In this document: piece after piece, positions 1-13,662 of the stretch | Layout: every line of letters starts with the position of its first letter | Position numbering within the stretch: the stretch's first letter is position 1 | Source of the DNA: Deltaproteobacteria bacterium | GTDB taxonomy: Bacteria; Myxococcota; JACRCW01 | Assembly (NCBI GenBank): GCA_016218805.1 | Contig: JACRCW010000080.1 | Span: 62,001-126,000 of the forward strand | DNA: 64,000 nucleotides | Direction of reading: 5' to 3' | Translations under genes and position numbers: made by a program | The notes under the pieces: generated by a model | The model's database searches: none | Seen by the model: only the letters and a program-made list of their open reading frames with translations | What the model was told of the DNA's origin: nothing

Positions 1-1
1 A

Positions 2-1267
<1,266 letters not shown>

Positions 1268-1486
1268 GGCTGCTCTCTCCTCGTTCCGGGCCCGGGCGGC
1301 CGTGCCGCCCATGGGACTTGTCGTCCGCCCGCACGGCGCACCCGCGCGTGGCGTATCCTTGGTTTCTGCCTCGTTCCCCGCGGTCGCCCCGGGGTCGTTA
1401 CCGCGCGCACCATAAGCACCCCGGGCCGCCCGTCAAGGGGTGGAGACGCTCATCGGCACGGGGCTGGCATGCGGAAAACCGCCCGT

Positions 1487-2884
1487 TCAGCCCTGGTCGT
1501 CCTGGTACACGCGAACCTGGCTCACCTGGTACTGCCGCCTGCCCGCCGCCCTTTCCGGAATGCGGTCGCGCACGGCCCCCTGGTGGGACCTGGGGGCGGG
1601 CGGATCACGCCGCTCAAACAGTTCCCCGTTGTCCCCGTCCACGTAGAAGCGCCGCTCCCCGCCGTCGCCCGGGTCGTTGAACCTGTAGAACACCTTGCCA
1701 TCGGCGTCGTAGTCGCGCCCCTTGACCACGACAAAGTGGTCCGTCACCCGGTCCCTGTTGGCCTCGCCGCCGGGCGCCTTCCCCTGTGCACGGTTGGCCC
1801 GTTGCTGCTCCCGGTCCTTATAGCTGACACCCACCAGCACCGGCCGCCCGCGGTCCAGGCAAGTGTCGATGTAGTTGCGCCCGATCTGGGCCTGCAGCGG
1901 ATTGACCAGGACGCGGCCGTCGTCATCCTCTTCGTCCGCAACCTGGATGGCTGAATAGGGCCCCGCCAGGCGCGGTCCCGTTTCGCCATTGGCGTCGTCC
2001 ACCATGGCCGTGGCCGTGGCAAAACACGCGGTGGCGGGGTCCAGGGGTTTGAGATCCCTGAGTTTGTTTTGGGCGCCCCCAATCTTTTGGTTCAGCGCTT
2101 TGGCGTCCCGCCCGCTCACCAGGGCAAGCTGCTGTTGCATCGCTGCGATCTGGCTGGTCAACGCTTCCCGCGCCGCCGGCAAATGGGCATTCCAGGTCTC
2201 GGCGAAGTCGGCTTGGTCGCGGCGCGCCACCGCCACGGCAACCGGTTTGCGTTCCGCCTCGGCCACGGCGGCGGCGTTGGCCACCGCCAGGTCCGCCAGG
2301 GGCGCATGAACCTGGTTCCCTCCGGGGGCGCGCGCTCCCAGGCGCGCATGGTTGGCGTCAATCTCGTGTTCCAGGGCCATCACAACGGCCTGGCCCTGGG
2401 GTCCTGGAGCGCGCTGCAGCAGCTTGAACAGCCCGTCATACTCCGAGGCCCGCAGCAGCCCATCCGGACCCGCCAGCCGCCGCAACTCGTGCAATCCAAT
2501 GCCCGCCTCCACCAGCGCCTTCATGGTTGGGCGCGCCAGATGATTGAGGTCCACCGTGGAGTAAGGACCCAATTTTCTCAGACGGTGCACATCCGCGCGC
2601 GACGGAGCAGGCACAACCTTCGCGGGTGCTGCGTTCCCCGGCGCGCCTTTGGCCGCCGCCTTGCGGCCCGGCCGCTCCAGCACCGCCGCCTTTCCGTCCG
2701 CGGGCGCCGGGGCACGGGTGGCATCCGCAAGGGACCGGCTGACCGCTTCCTCCTCGGAGAAATAGCGCCCGATCGCCTTCAGACCGTCTGAGATGGCGTC
2801 CATCCAGCCGCGTTGTTGTGGTGTCAGACCCGGGCCTGCAACGCCGGATGAAGATGTTGTCCGCCCGGCCTTCTGCGCTTCCAT
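1487..2884 (-). CDS. Hypothetical protein with C-terminal papain-like (peptidase C39-like) domain
   Basis: Motifs ACFATA (Cys), RPVLVGV, TDHFVVVKG (His) and FNDPG in the C39-like order. RBS-like AGGGGG before the ATG at 2884. Confidence 0.6.
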   Translation of the reverse strand: MEAQKAGRTTSSSGVAGPGLTPQQRGWMDAISDGLKAIGRYFSEEEAVSRSLADATRAPAPADGKAAVLERPGRKAAAKGAPGNAAPAKVVPAPSRADVHRLRKLGPYSTVDLNHLARPTMKALVEAGIGLHELRRLAGPDGLLRASEYDGLFKLLQRAPGPQGQAVVMALEHEIDANHARLGARAPGGNQVHAPLADLAVANAAAVAEAERKPVAVAVARRDQADFAETWNAHLPAAREALTSQIAAMQQQLALVSGRDAKALNQKIGGAQNKLRDLKPLDPATACFATATAMVDDANGETGPRLAGPYSAIQVADEEDDDGRVLVNPLQAQIGRNYIDTCLDRGRPVLVGVSYKDREQQRANRAQGKAPGGEANRDRVTDHFVVVKGRDYDADGKVFYRFNDPGDGGERRFYVDGDNGELFERRDPPAPRSHQGAVRDRIPERAAGRRQYQVSQVRVYQDDQG

Positions 2885-3027
2885 GTTCACCCCCTTGGTG
2901 GTCCATGAGCTCTACAACAGTCCCCCCCACCCGCGTCATGACGCACCGTGGCAGTGGCGCGGCCGGGTTGCGGCGTGCCAGCCTTGGGCCCATGACGCTT
3001 GCCCTGCTTGCAGACGGGTCGTGCTCC

Positions 3028-3702
3028 ATGGCGGACCGGTGCCGCGTGGACGCCAACGGTGTCGCACCGGACTGCCCGCAGCTGCACAAGTGCGGCTCGT
3101 GCGTGCTGTGGAGCCCGCGCGAGCCCTCCCCCACGCGCCGCAACCTGGGCGTGTGCCTGCTGGAGAACGACGCGCGGCGGACGCTGGACTGCAACGCGTG
3201 GGCGTGCCCGTACTACCGGCCGCGCCGTGGCTCGCCTGCGGCCGCTGAACACCATGCCCGCCGCCGCATCCCCGCCCCGCGCACCTCGTCGTCGCGCGCG
3301 CTGGGCCGCGAGGCCCCCGCCCCCACGCCGGCCGCGCTGTCCATCCGCGCGCTGGAGGGCGCCCATGACGGCGGCGCCATTGCCGAGCTGGCGTTGGAGT
3401 GCGTGCTGGGCGGCCGCCGCGTTCCCCCGCTGCTGGAGCGCTTCCGCGGCGGCAGTGTCACGGTGACCCCCGCGGGGGGCGGGACGCCGTGGACGGTGCC
3501 GGTGGAGCGGTGGTTTGCCTGGGTGTGCGGGGTGAAAGCGGCGCTGGAGGCGCTGGAGGCGGAGGTGGGAGGGTGCGGCCTGGCCGCCGACGAGAAGGAG
3601 AAGATCCGCAGCGACATCAAGAGCATGCGCGGAACGCTGACGACCTTCAACGTGCTGTTCCGTGACCGGGAGGATCATTTCGTAGGGCAGAAGGGCGGCT
3701 GA
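3028..3702 (+). CDS. Conserved hypothetical protein with Cys-rich N-terminus
   Basis: Several Cys (including CGSC) in the first ~60 aa. C-terminal GTLTTFNVLFRDREDHFVG resembles a conserved uncharacterised family. Start codon uncertain (ORF track starts at 2818). Confidence 0.7.
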   Translation: MADRCRVDANGVAPDCPQLHKCGSCVLWSPREPSPTRRNLGVCLLENDARRTLDCNAWACPYYRPRRGSPAAAEHHARRRIPAPRTSSSRALGREAPAPTPAALSIRALEGAHDGGAIAELALECVLGGRRVPPLLERFRGGSVTVTPAGGGTPWTVPVERWFAWVCGVKAALEALEAEVGGCGLAADEKEKIRSDIKSMRGTLTTFNVLFRDREDHFVGQKGG

Positions 3703-3765
3703 TCCGTGGGTGACGGGGAACTTCCGGCAGCGTAGCGTTGTCAGACGGCTGCGGAGGGCCTTGCC

Positions 3766-4644
3766 GTGCAGGACGAGGACCACCTCTTCGTAAGATGCCT
3801 CATGGTGGTGCTCACCGTCGTCGGTGGGTTCCTCAGCATGCTCGTGCTCAGCCCGGGGCCCGGGCAGGGCCTCCCTGATGGGGAGCCCGGCGCGGAGGCG
3901 CCCGCCCCCACCGTCAGGGCGCGCTGGGTCCGCACTGCGTTCTCGTTGCCCTCCGCGGGGCCCCGCCCGGCGCCCGCGCCGGTGCAGTCCGGTGACAGTG
4001 CGCTCGCGTTTGCGCGGCTGCTGGCACAGGAGGCGCTGGAGCCCCCCGCGCCGCCGCGTACGGGGCGGGACCGCGCGCAGGTGGCCGCCGCCAGCGTCCT
4101 GAGCGGTCCGGTGCTGGAACTGGCGCTGGACGGCCAGGGGGACCGGGACACGCCGTTTGCCCGCCGCCTGGCGGAGGAGACGCGTGGCGACGAGCCCGCC
4201 ACCCCGCCCCCGTGGGGCCTGGGGCTGCGCACGCACCGCGTGGCCGCCGTGGCGCTGCCCCCTGACGTGATGCCCGCGCTCAAGGAGATGGCGCCGGTGG
4301 AGATCATTGTGCGCCGCGTGGCCGCCATCCCGCGCCAGGAGGCGCCGTTGCGCGGCCAGGATCTGGATGATGACCCGCTGCCGGAGTTCCGCCGCTTCCT
4401 CCCGCGCGTGCAGGTGTGTGTGGCCCAGGCGCGCAAGCGCGGCGGCGTGCCGGTGGACGGCAAGGTGGTGCTGCGGTTCACGGTGGACCCGGACGGCTGG
4501 GTGCGCGAAGCGCGCGCCGTCGGCGGCACACTGTCTGACCCGGACGCGCGCGCTTGCGTGGAGTCCATGCTCACCCGGGACCGTTTCTTTGACCGGCGGC
4601 CCGTCGCGGTGCAGGCGGAGCGGGCGGTGATCGTGGCGCGGTGA
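3766..4644 (+). CDS. Membrane-anchored protein with AgmX/PglI (TonB-C-like) C-terminal domain
   Basis: N-terminal hydrophobic helix, Pro/Ala-rich linker, then VQVCVAQARKR...GKVVLRFTVDPDGWV...ACVES. Confidence 0.7.
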   Translation: MQDEDHLFVRCLMVVLTVVGGFLSMLVLSPGPGQGLPDGEPGAEAPAPTVRARWVRTAFSLPSAGPRPAPAPVQSGDSALAFARLLAQEALEPPAPPRTGRDRAQVAAASVLSGPVLELALDGQGDRDTPFARRLAEETRGDEPATPPPWGLGLRTHRVAAVALPPDVMPALKEMAPVEIIVRRVAAIPRQEAPLRGQDLDDDPLPEFRRFLPRVQVCVAQARKRGGVPVDGKVVLRFTVDPDGWVREARAVGGTLSDPDARACVESMLTRDRFFDRRPVAVQAERAVIVAR

Positions 4645-4692
4645 GGCTCGCTTGACGCGGGGGACGGGCCGTCCACAGGATGCGTCCCTCGC

Positions 4693-5112
4693 ATGATCTC
4701 CACGGTGGAAAAGGTGCTGTTCCTCAAGGGCGTGGACCTGTTCTCGGCCATCCCGGGAGAGGACCTGTCCCAGATTGCCCAGATTGCGGATGAAGTGGAG
4801 ATGGACTCCGGCGAGACCATCTTCAAGGAGGGAGACCTTGGGGATTCGCTCTACCTCATCGTCTCCGGCAAGGTGCGCATCCACCGCGGGGACAAGGAGA
4901 TTGCGGTGCTGGGGGAAAAGCAGGTGTTCGGCGAGATGGCGCTGTTGGACAGCGAACCGCGCTCCGCCTCCGTCACCGCCACCACGGACGTCAGCCTGCT
5001 GAAGATCACCCAGGAGGACTTTGCGGACATCCTGGCTGAGAAGGGCGAGATTGCGCAGGGTATCATCAAGGTGCTCACGCGCCGGCTGCGCGGGCAGCTG
5101 ACGCGCAAGTGA
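4693..5112 (+). CDS. Stand-alone cyclic nucleotide-binding domain protein
   Basis: IFKEGDLGDSLYLIVSGKV and phosphate-binding cassette FGEMALLDSEPRSASV. No HTH follows. Confidence 0.92.
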   Translation: MISTVEKVLFLKGVDLFSAIPGEDLSQIAQIADEVEMDSGETIFKEGDLGDSLYLIVSGKVRIHRGDKEIAVLGEKQVFGEMALLDSEPRSASVTATTDVSLLKITQEDFADILAEKGEIAQGIIKVLTRRLRGQLTRK

Positions 5113-5123
5113 GGAGGACCGCC

Positions 5124-5453
5124 ATGGGTCTTTGGGAGCAAGCCACCGCCGCGGCCAGGGAGGCGCGCGCCGACCACGACCAGCTGCGCGCGCGTTGGGA
5201 GGAGGTTGCCCGCCGCCTGTTTGGCGCAGCACCGCGCCCGGCGGGAGAGACCGCGCCCACGCTCACCGTGGACCATGACGGCCACGCCCGCCCGGACGCG
5301 CAGCCCCACGCGCTGCGCATCCTGGGGCAGTCGCTGTTGCTCGCCGCCTCGTCACTGCTGGCCGCCGGGATGGCTTGGCTGGCCGCGTTCTTCCTGGGCC
5401 TCTACCTGTTCTTCCAGCGCCTGTTTGGCCTGCGCGTCCACGCCCCGGCCTGA
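5124..5453 (+). CDS. Small hypothetical membrane protein
   Basis: RBS GAGGAGG before the ATG at 5124; long C-terminal hydrophobic segment. Confidence 0.65.
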   Translation: MGLWEQATAAAREARADHDQLRARWEEVARRLFGAAPRPAGETAPTLTVDHDGHARPDAQPHALRILGQSLLLAASSLLAAGMAWLAAFFLGLYLFFQRLFGLRVHAPA

Positions 5454-5470
5454 CGCGCTCTCGGGACGCC

Positions 5471-5504
5471 ACAAAACGTTGAGGGCCCCGTCACCGGGGC
5501 CCTC
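5471..5504 (-). terminator. Intrinsic terminator-like hairpin (may also act bidirectionally)
   Basis: Perfect 10-bp stem GAGGGCCCCG/CGGGGCCCTC with a GUGA (GNRA) loop on the minus strand, followed by AACGUUUUGU. Confidence 0.75.
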
Positions 5505-5602
5505 GCGTCTCATTCCATCTCAACCGCGCCATTCCATTCCAAGCGACCGATCACCCAAACCAACATTCCATCCCATGAAAGGCCACCCGGAGGCGGCAAC
5601 GG
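5471..5602 (-). ncRNA. Predicted sigma-54-dependent small RNA (~130 nt) with repeated GGAAUG motifs
   Basis: Lies between a sigma-54 box (5613-5629, minus strand) and a terminator hairpin. 5' hairpin GCCGCC-UCCG-GGUGGC (5582-5597). Four GGAAUG copies (plus-strand CATTCC at 5511, 5530, 5535, 5564). Ends are approximate. Confidence 0.65.
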
Positions 5603-5612
5603 GATTCACTTG

Positions 5613-5629
5613 AGCAACGGCCGCGCCAG
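5613..5629 (-). promoter_or_regulatory. Sigma-54 (-24/-12) promoter
   Basis: Minus strand CTGGCGC-GGCCG-TTGCT matches TGGCAC-N5-TTGCW with exact GG-N10-GC spacing. Confidence 0.75.
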
Positions 5630-5656
5630 GGTGGAACCCGCGCCCGGCCAGCGCGC

Positions 5657-5683
5657 AAAAAAACAAATCATGTCAAACTATTA
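5657..5683. promoter_or_regulatory. IHF-like binding site
   Basis: TGTCAAACTATTA (5671-5683) has one mismatch to WATCAANNNNTTR and is preceded by an A-tract (5657-5667). It sits between the sigma-54 box and the upstream palindromes. Confidence 0.55.
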
Positions 5684-5735
5684 TGAACTCCACGCGGCCC
5701 CGGCGGCCCAGCCGACCCAACCGTGGAACGGCGCC

Positions 5736-5755
5736 CAGACCTGACAGGTCTGTCA
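5736..5755. promoter_or_regulatory. Overlapping palindromes, candidate enhancer-binding-protein site
   Basis: CAGACCT-gac-AGGTCTG (5736-5752) overlaps TGACAG-gt-CTGTCA (5742-5755), about 135-155 nt upstream of the predicted sigma-54 start. Confidence 0.45.
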
Positions 5756-5905
5756 TGCCAGGTCCCATGAGCGTCACTGCGCGGCCCCCTCAGACAGGGC
5801 GGCCTGAACACGGGAATTCGGCGACGGGGCTCCCTCAAAGCCATGATCCACGGGGCCAATTCGCCGCGTCTGGACGCGGCGATTTGGGAGCGTCCGTTTT
5901 TTCCA

Positions 5906-5934
5906 TTGACAGTCCGGATCCGGTCCGTTAGTTG
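5906..5934 (+). promoter_or_regulatory. Sigma-70-type promoter of the Fic-like gene
   Basis: TTGACA-N17-TAGTTG. Confidence 0.5.
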
Positions 5935-6069
5935 CGGCCACCAATTCTAAAACCGTAATGGCCCCGCACGGTTGGACCCAAGATTCAAAGCGGAGCCCCC
6001 CTGTCAGTTGGCCCAGTCGGACGCAGGCAGTTTGCCCGGCGGTGGGATTCCATCCCCTTGGAGGTTGAC

Positions 6070-6882
6070 ATGGCTGTGCAGGATTTTGATCTCAAGTCTC
6101 GCTACCTGGACGTGGACGACCGGCTGGTTGAGCTCAAGACGCTCGTGGAGGAGGCGAACTTTGCCCAGGCGGACTTCCGGGAAAAGTTTGACATGTCATG
6201 GATTTACCATGACTGCGGCCTGGAAGGTATTGTGCTGTCCTACCACGAGATCAAGGCCGCCATTGACCGCAAGGTGGCCTCTGACAACCACTTGCTGCCC
6301 ACCTACACGCTCATCAAGAACCTCAAGGGCGCCATGGACTACGTGCGGGACCAGGCCTCCCGCAAGACCTCCCGGGTCAGCGTCCAGATGATGCAGGACG
6401 TGCACGCCATCCTGGTGAAGGGCTTTGAGAAGTACGAGCCGGGCGCGTACCGCAAGGACATCCCCATCCACCGCAACTACTTCCACGAGATCTCACCGCC
6501 CCACAAGGTGGCCGCGCGCATTGAGAAGCTGATGGAGACCGTGCAGACGGCTGACTTCCGCTCGTGGCATCCCATCAAGCAGGCCGCTGCGTTCCACCAT
6601 GAGTTCCTGGGCGCGTTCCCGTTCACGGACCACTCGGGCCAGGTGGGCCGGTTGCTCATGAACTTCTTCCTGCTGCGCGGGGACTACCTGCCCGCCGTGA
6701 TCCACGCGGTGGACCGCCAGCGCTATTACGAGAGCCTGCGCGGCACCAACAGCCTGGCCCTGCGCGAACACCTGGTGGACGCCATGGAGAACGCGCTGGA
6801 GAGCGCCATCCAGTACCACCGTGACGCCCTCAAGACCGCTGAGCTGATGCGCCGGCAGTCCGGTTACGACGCCACCAAGTGA
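6070..6882 (+). CDS. Fic-domain protein with degenerate active site
   Basis: Fic fold motifs WIYHDCGLEG, PGAYRK and HPIKQAAAFHHEF. The signature reads FPFTDHSGQVGRLLMN instead of HPFxDGNGRxxR. RBS GGAGG before the ATG. Confidence 0.88.
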   Translation: MAVQDFDLKSRYLDVDDRLVELKTLVEEANFAQADFREKFDMSWIYHDCGLEGIVLSYHEIKAAIDRKVASDNHLLPTYTLIKNLKGAMDYVRDQASRKTSRVSVQMMQDVHAILVKGFEKYEPGAYRKDIPIHRNYFHEISPPHKVAARIEKLMETVQTADFRSWHPIKQAAAFHHEFLGAFPFTDHSGQVGRLLMNFFLLRGDYLPAVIHAVDRQRYYESLRGTNSLALREHLVDAMENALESAIQYHRDALKTAELMRRQSGYDATK

Positions 6883-6892
6883 CGCCTCTGGG

Positions 6893-6928
6893 ACCCCGCG
6901 CCGTTCGACGAGGAACGACGCGGGGTTG
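6893..6928 (+). terminator. Stem-loop downstream of the Fic-like gene
   Basis: ACCCCGCG-CCGTTC...GAACG-A-CGCGGGGT imperfect inverted repeat; weak U-tract. Confidence 0.45.
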
Positions 6929-7030
6929 CCCGCCTTGACACCCTTTCAAACCACGCGGTAGGTCGCCGCCCGTTCTTTCCGACGGACGGAGCGAGTTCGC
7001 CGTTCGTCCCCGCATGCGGAGGGCCGCCCC

Positions 7031-8653
7031 TTGGCCAACCCCGAAAGCACCCCGTCGCAGGATCCGAAGGCCATGAAAAACGGCAAGGGCGAACGCTCCG
7101 CAGCGCTGATGGCGGAGCTGGAGAAACTTGCCGAGGTGGCGCCGGAGCACAAACGCTCCTTTGTCAAGGAGACCGCCGCGTTCCTGGCGTTCCTGGCCGT
7201 GCTGGGCGGCGTCTACGTGGGTTACAAGACGTGGGCCAAGCAGGCCGGCCAGGTGTTTGACACCCTGCGCGAGGTTCGCGACATCCAGCGCCAGGACTCC
7301 TACGACAAGCTCAAGGAGTCCAAGGCCAAGCTGGAAGAGACCATGGCGGTCAAGCAGGAGGGCCGGCTGGTGTCCCTGCTGGCGGAGACGGACGTGCTGT
7401 TGGCGTGCGTCCACCTGGAGGGTGGTGACACCCGCGCGGACGCTGAGAAGTGGACCGCCAAGGCCGCCGCGGACGACGTGCTGCGCGAAGAGCGCTACTC
7501 CGCCGAGGGGTACCTCAAGATCTGTGACGGCAAGGCCGCGGAAGCGGAAGAGTACCTGGCGCGCATCCTGAACAAGGGTGCCAGCCAGCCGCGCATCTAC
7601 CACGCGCTGGGCCTGGCCATGATGGCGCAGGGCAAGCTGGTGGAGGCGGACGCGGTGCTCAAGCAGGCCGCGGAAAAGGGCCCGGGCAACCCGCGCTTCC
7701 CCTACAGCTACGGCGAAGTGCTGCTGCGCCAGGGCCAGTACTGGGAGGCGGTGCAGCAGTACACGCGCGCGGTGAACATCAACGGCAGCCACGTGATGGC
7801 GCGCGTGGGCAAGGCGCTGGCTGAGGGCATGGCCGGCATCAGCGCGGAGAAGGTGCTCAAGGACATTGAGAAGGCGTTGGAGGGCGCACCGTCACAGGGC
7901 GAGAAGGCGTTTGCCCAGTACGCGCGCGCGGAGATTGCCGTGCGCAGCGGCTTCTTGGACGCGGGACTGCAGTTCCTGGCGGATTCCGAGAAGCAGGCCG
8001 GCGGCAAGTCGGATGCCCGCCACGCACTGCTGCGCGGGAAGATTGCCGCGCTCAAGGGTGACGAGGCGGCCGCCAACAAGGCGTTTGACGACGCGGCGAA
8101 GCGGGAGCCGGGCAACTCGCTCAGCTATTTCATGCCCGCGGCGCTGTTCATTGACCTGGGCAAGGGCGACGCCGCGCTGGCGCGCCTGCAGGCGTACACC
8201 AAGAACCGCAACGCGGAGAACCCGGCGTACTTTGCCCTGCTGGGAGATGCCCACGCGCTGCGCGGCAAGGCGGATGACGCCGCCAAGGCCTACCAACAGG
8301 CGCTGGAGAAGGATGAAGGCAACGTGCGCGCCACCATGGGCACGGGCCGCCTGCTGCTGGAGAAGAAGAAGTGGGAGGAGGCCGGCGCGCTGCTGGAGAA
8401 GGTGTCCACGGCGTGGCCCAACAACGGTGACCCCTGGTTCTACATGGGTGGCGCGTACATTGAGCAGAAGGACCCCGGCTACGCCGCGCAGATGTCCGAC
8501 AAGGCCGTGGAGCTGTACAAGAAGTCCAACGCCGAGCCGCGCTACCTCATCCGCGCCCTCAAGCTGTCCGCCAAGGCACATGAAATGGCCAAGAACAAGA
8601 AGGACGCTGAGGAACGCGTCAAGGCCATTCAGGAGCTGGAGAAGATCAAGTAG
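7031..8653 (+). CDS. Membrane-anchored tetratricopeptide-repeat protein
   Basis: One TM helix (AAFLAFLAVLGGVYVGY) followed by many TPR-like repeats. TTGACA at 6935 upstream. Start could be the ATG at 7073. Confidence 0.85.
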   Translation: MANPESTPSQDPKAMKNGKGERSAALMAELEKLAEVAPEHKRSFVKETAAFLAFLAVLGGVYVGYKTWAKQAGQVFDTLREVRDIQRQDSYDKLKESKAKLEETMAVKQEGRLVSLLAETDVLLACVHLEGGDTRADAEKWTAKAAADDVLREERYSAEGYLKICDGKAAEAEEYLARILNKGASQPRIYHALGLAMMAQGKLVEADAVLKQAAEKGPGNPRFPYSYGEVLLRQGQYWEAVQQYTRAVNINGSHVMARVGKALAEGMAGISAEKVLKDIEKALEGAPSQGEKAFAQYARAEIAVRSGFLDAGLQFLADSEKQAGGKSDARHALLRGKIAALKGDEAAANKAFDDAAKREPGNSLSYFMPAALFIDLGKGDAALARLQAYTKNRNAENPAYFALLGDAHALRGKADDAAKAYQQALEKDEGNVRATMGTGRLLLEKKKWEEAGALLEKVSTAWPNNGDPWFYMGGAYIEQKDPGYAAQMSDKAVELYKKSNAEPRYLIRALKLSAKAHEMAKNKKDAEERVKAIQELEKIK

Positions 8654-8713
8654 GCGGGTAACCGGGCGGACGGCAGCGACGCCCCCACCGTTTTATGCCA
8701 ATGCATGCCGTAC

Positions 8714-13593
<4,880 letters not shown>

Positions 13594-13662
13594 GTCATTG
13601 ACGACGAGAAGCGCCCCCTCCCCGCGCCGGGGCGGGGGCGCGGCTCCTCCCCCCAACCCACC

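Noticed and set aside
1268..1486. CIRCE/HrcA operator upstream of dnaK
   Set aside because: No TTAGCACTC-N9-GAGTGCTAA present; only a sigma-70-like TTGACG...TATGGT candidate.
5520..5576. 18-codon micro-ORF (MGWNVGLGDRSLGMEWRG) inside the predicted sRNA
   Set aside because: No clear SD, non-core codon usage, and the repeats fall in different frames. Not called, although a dual-function RNA cannot be excluded.
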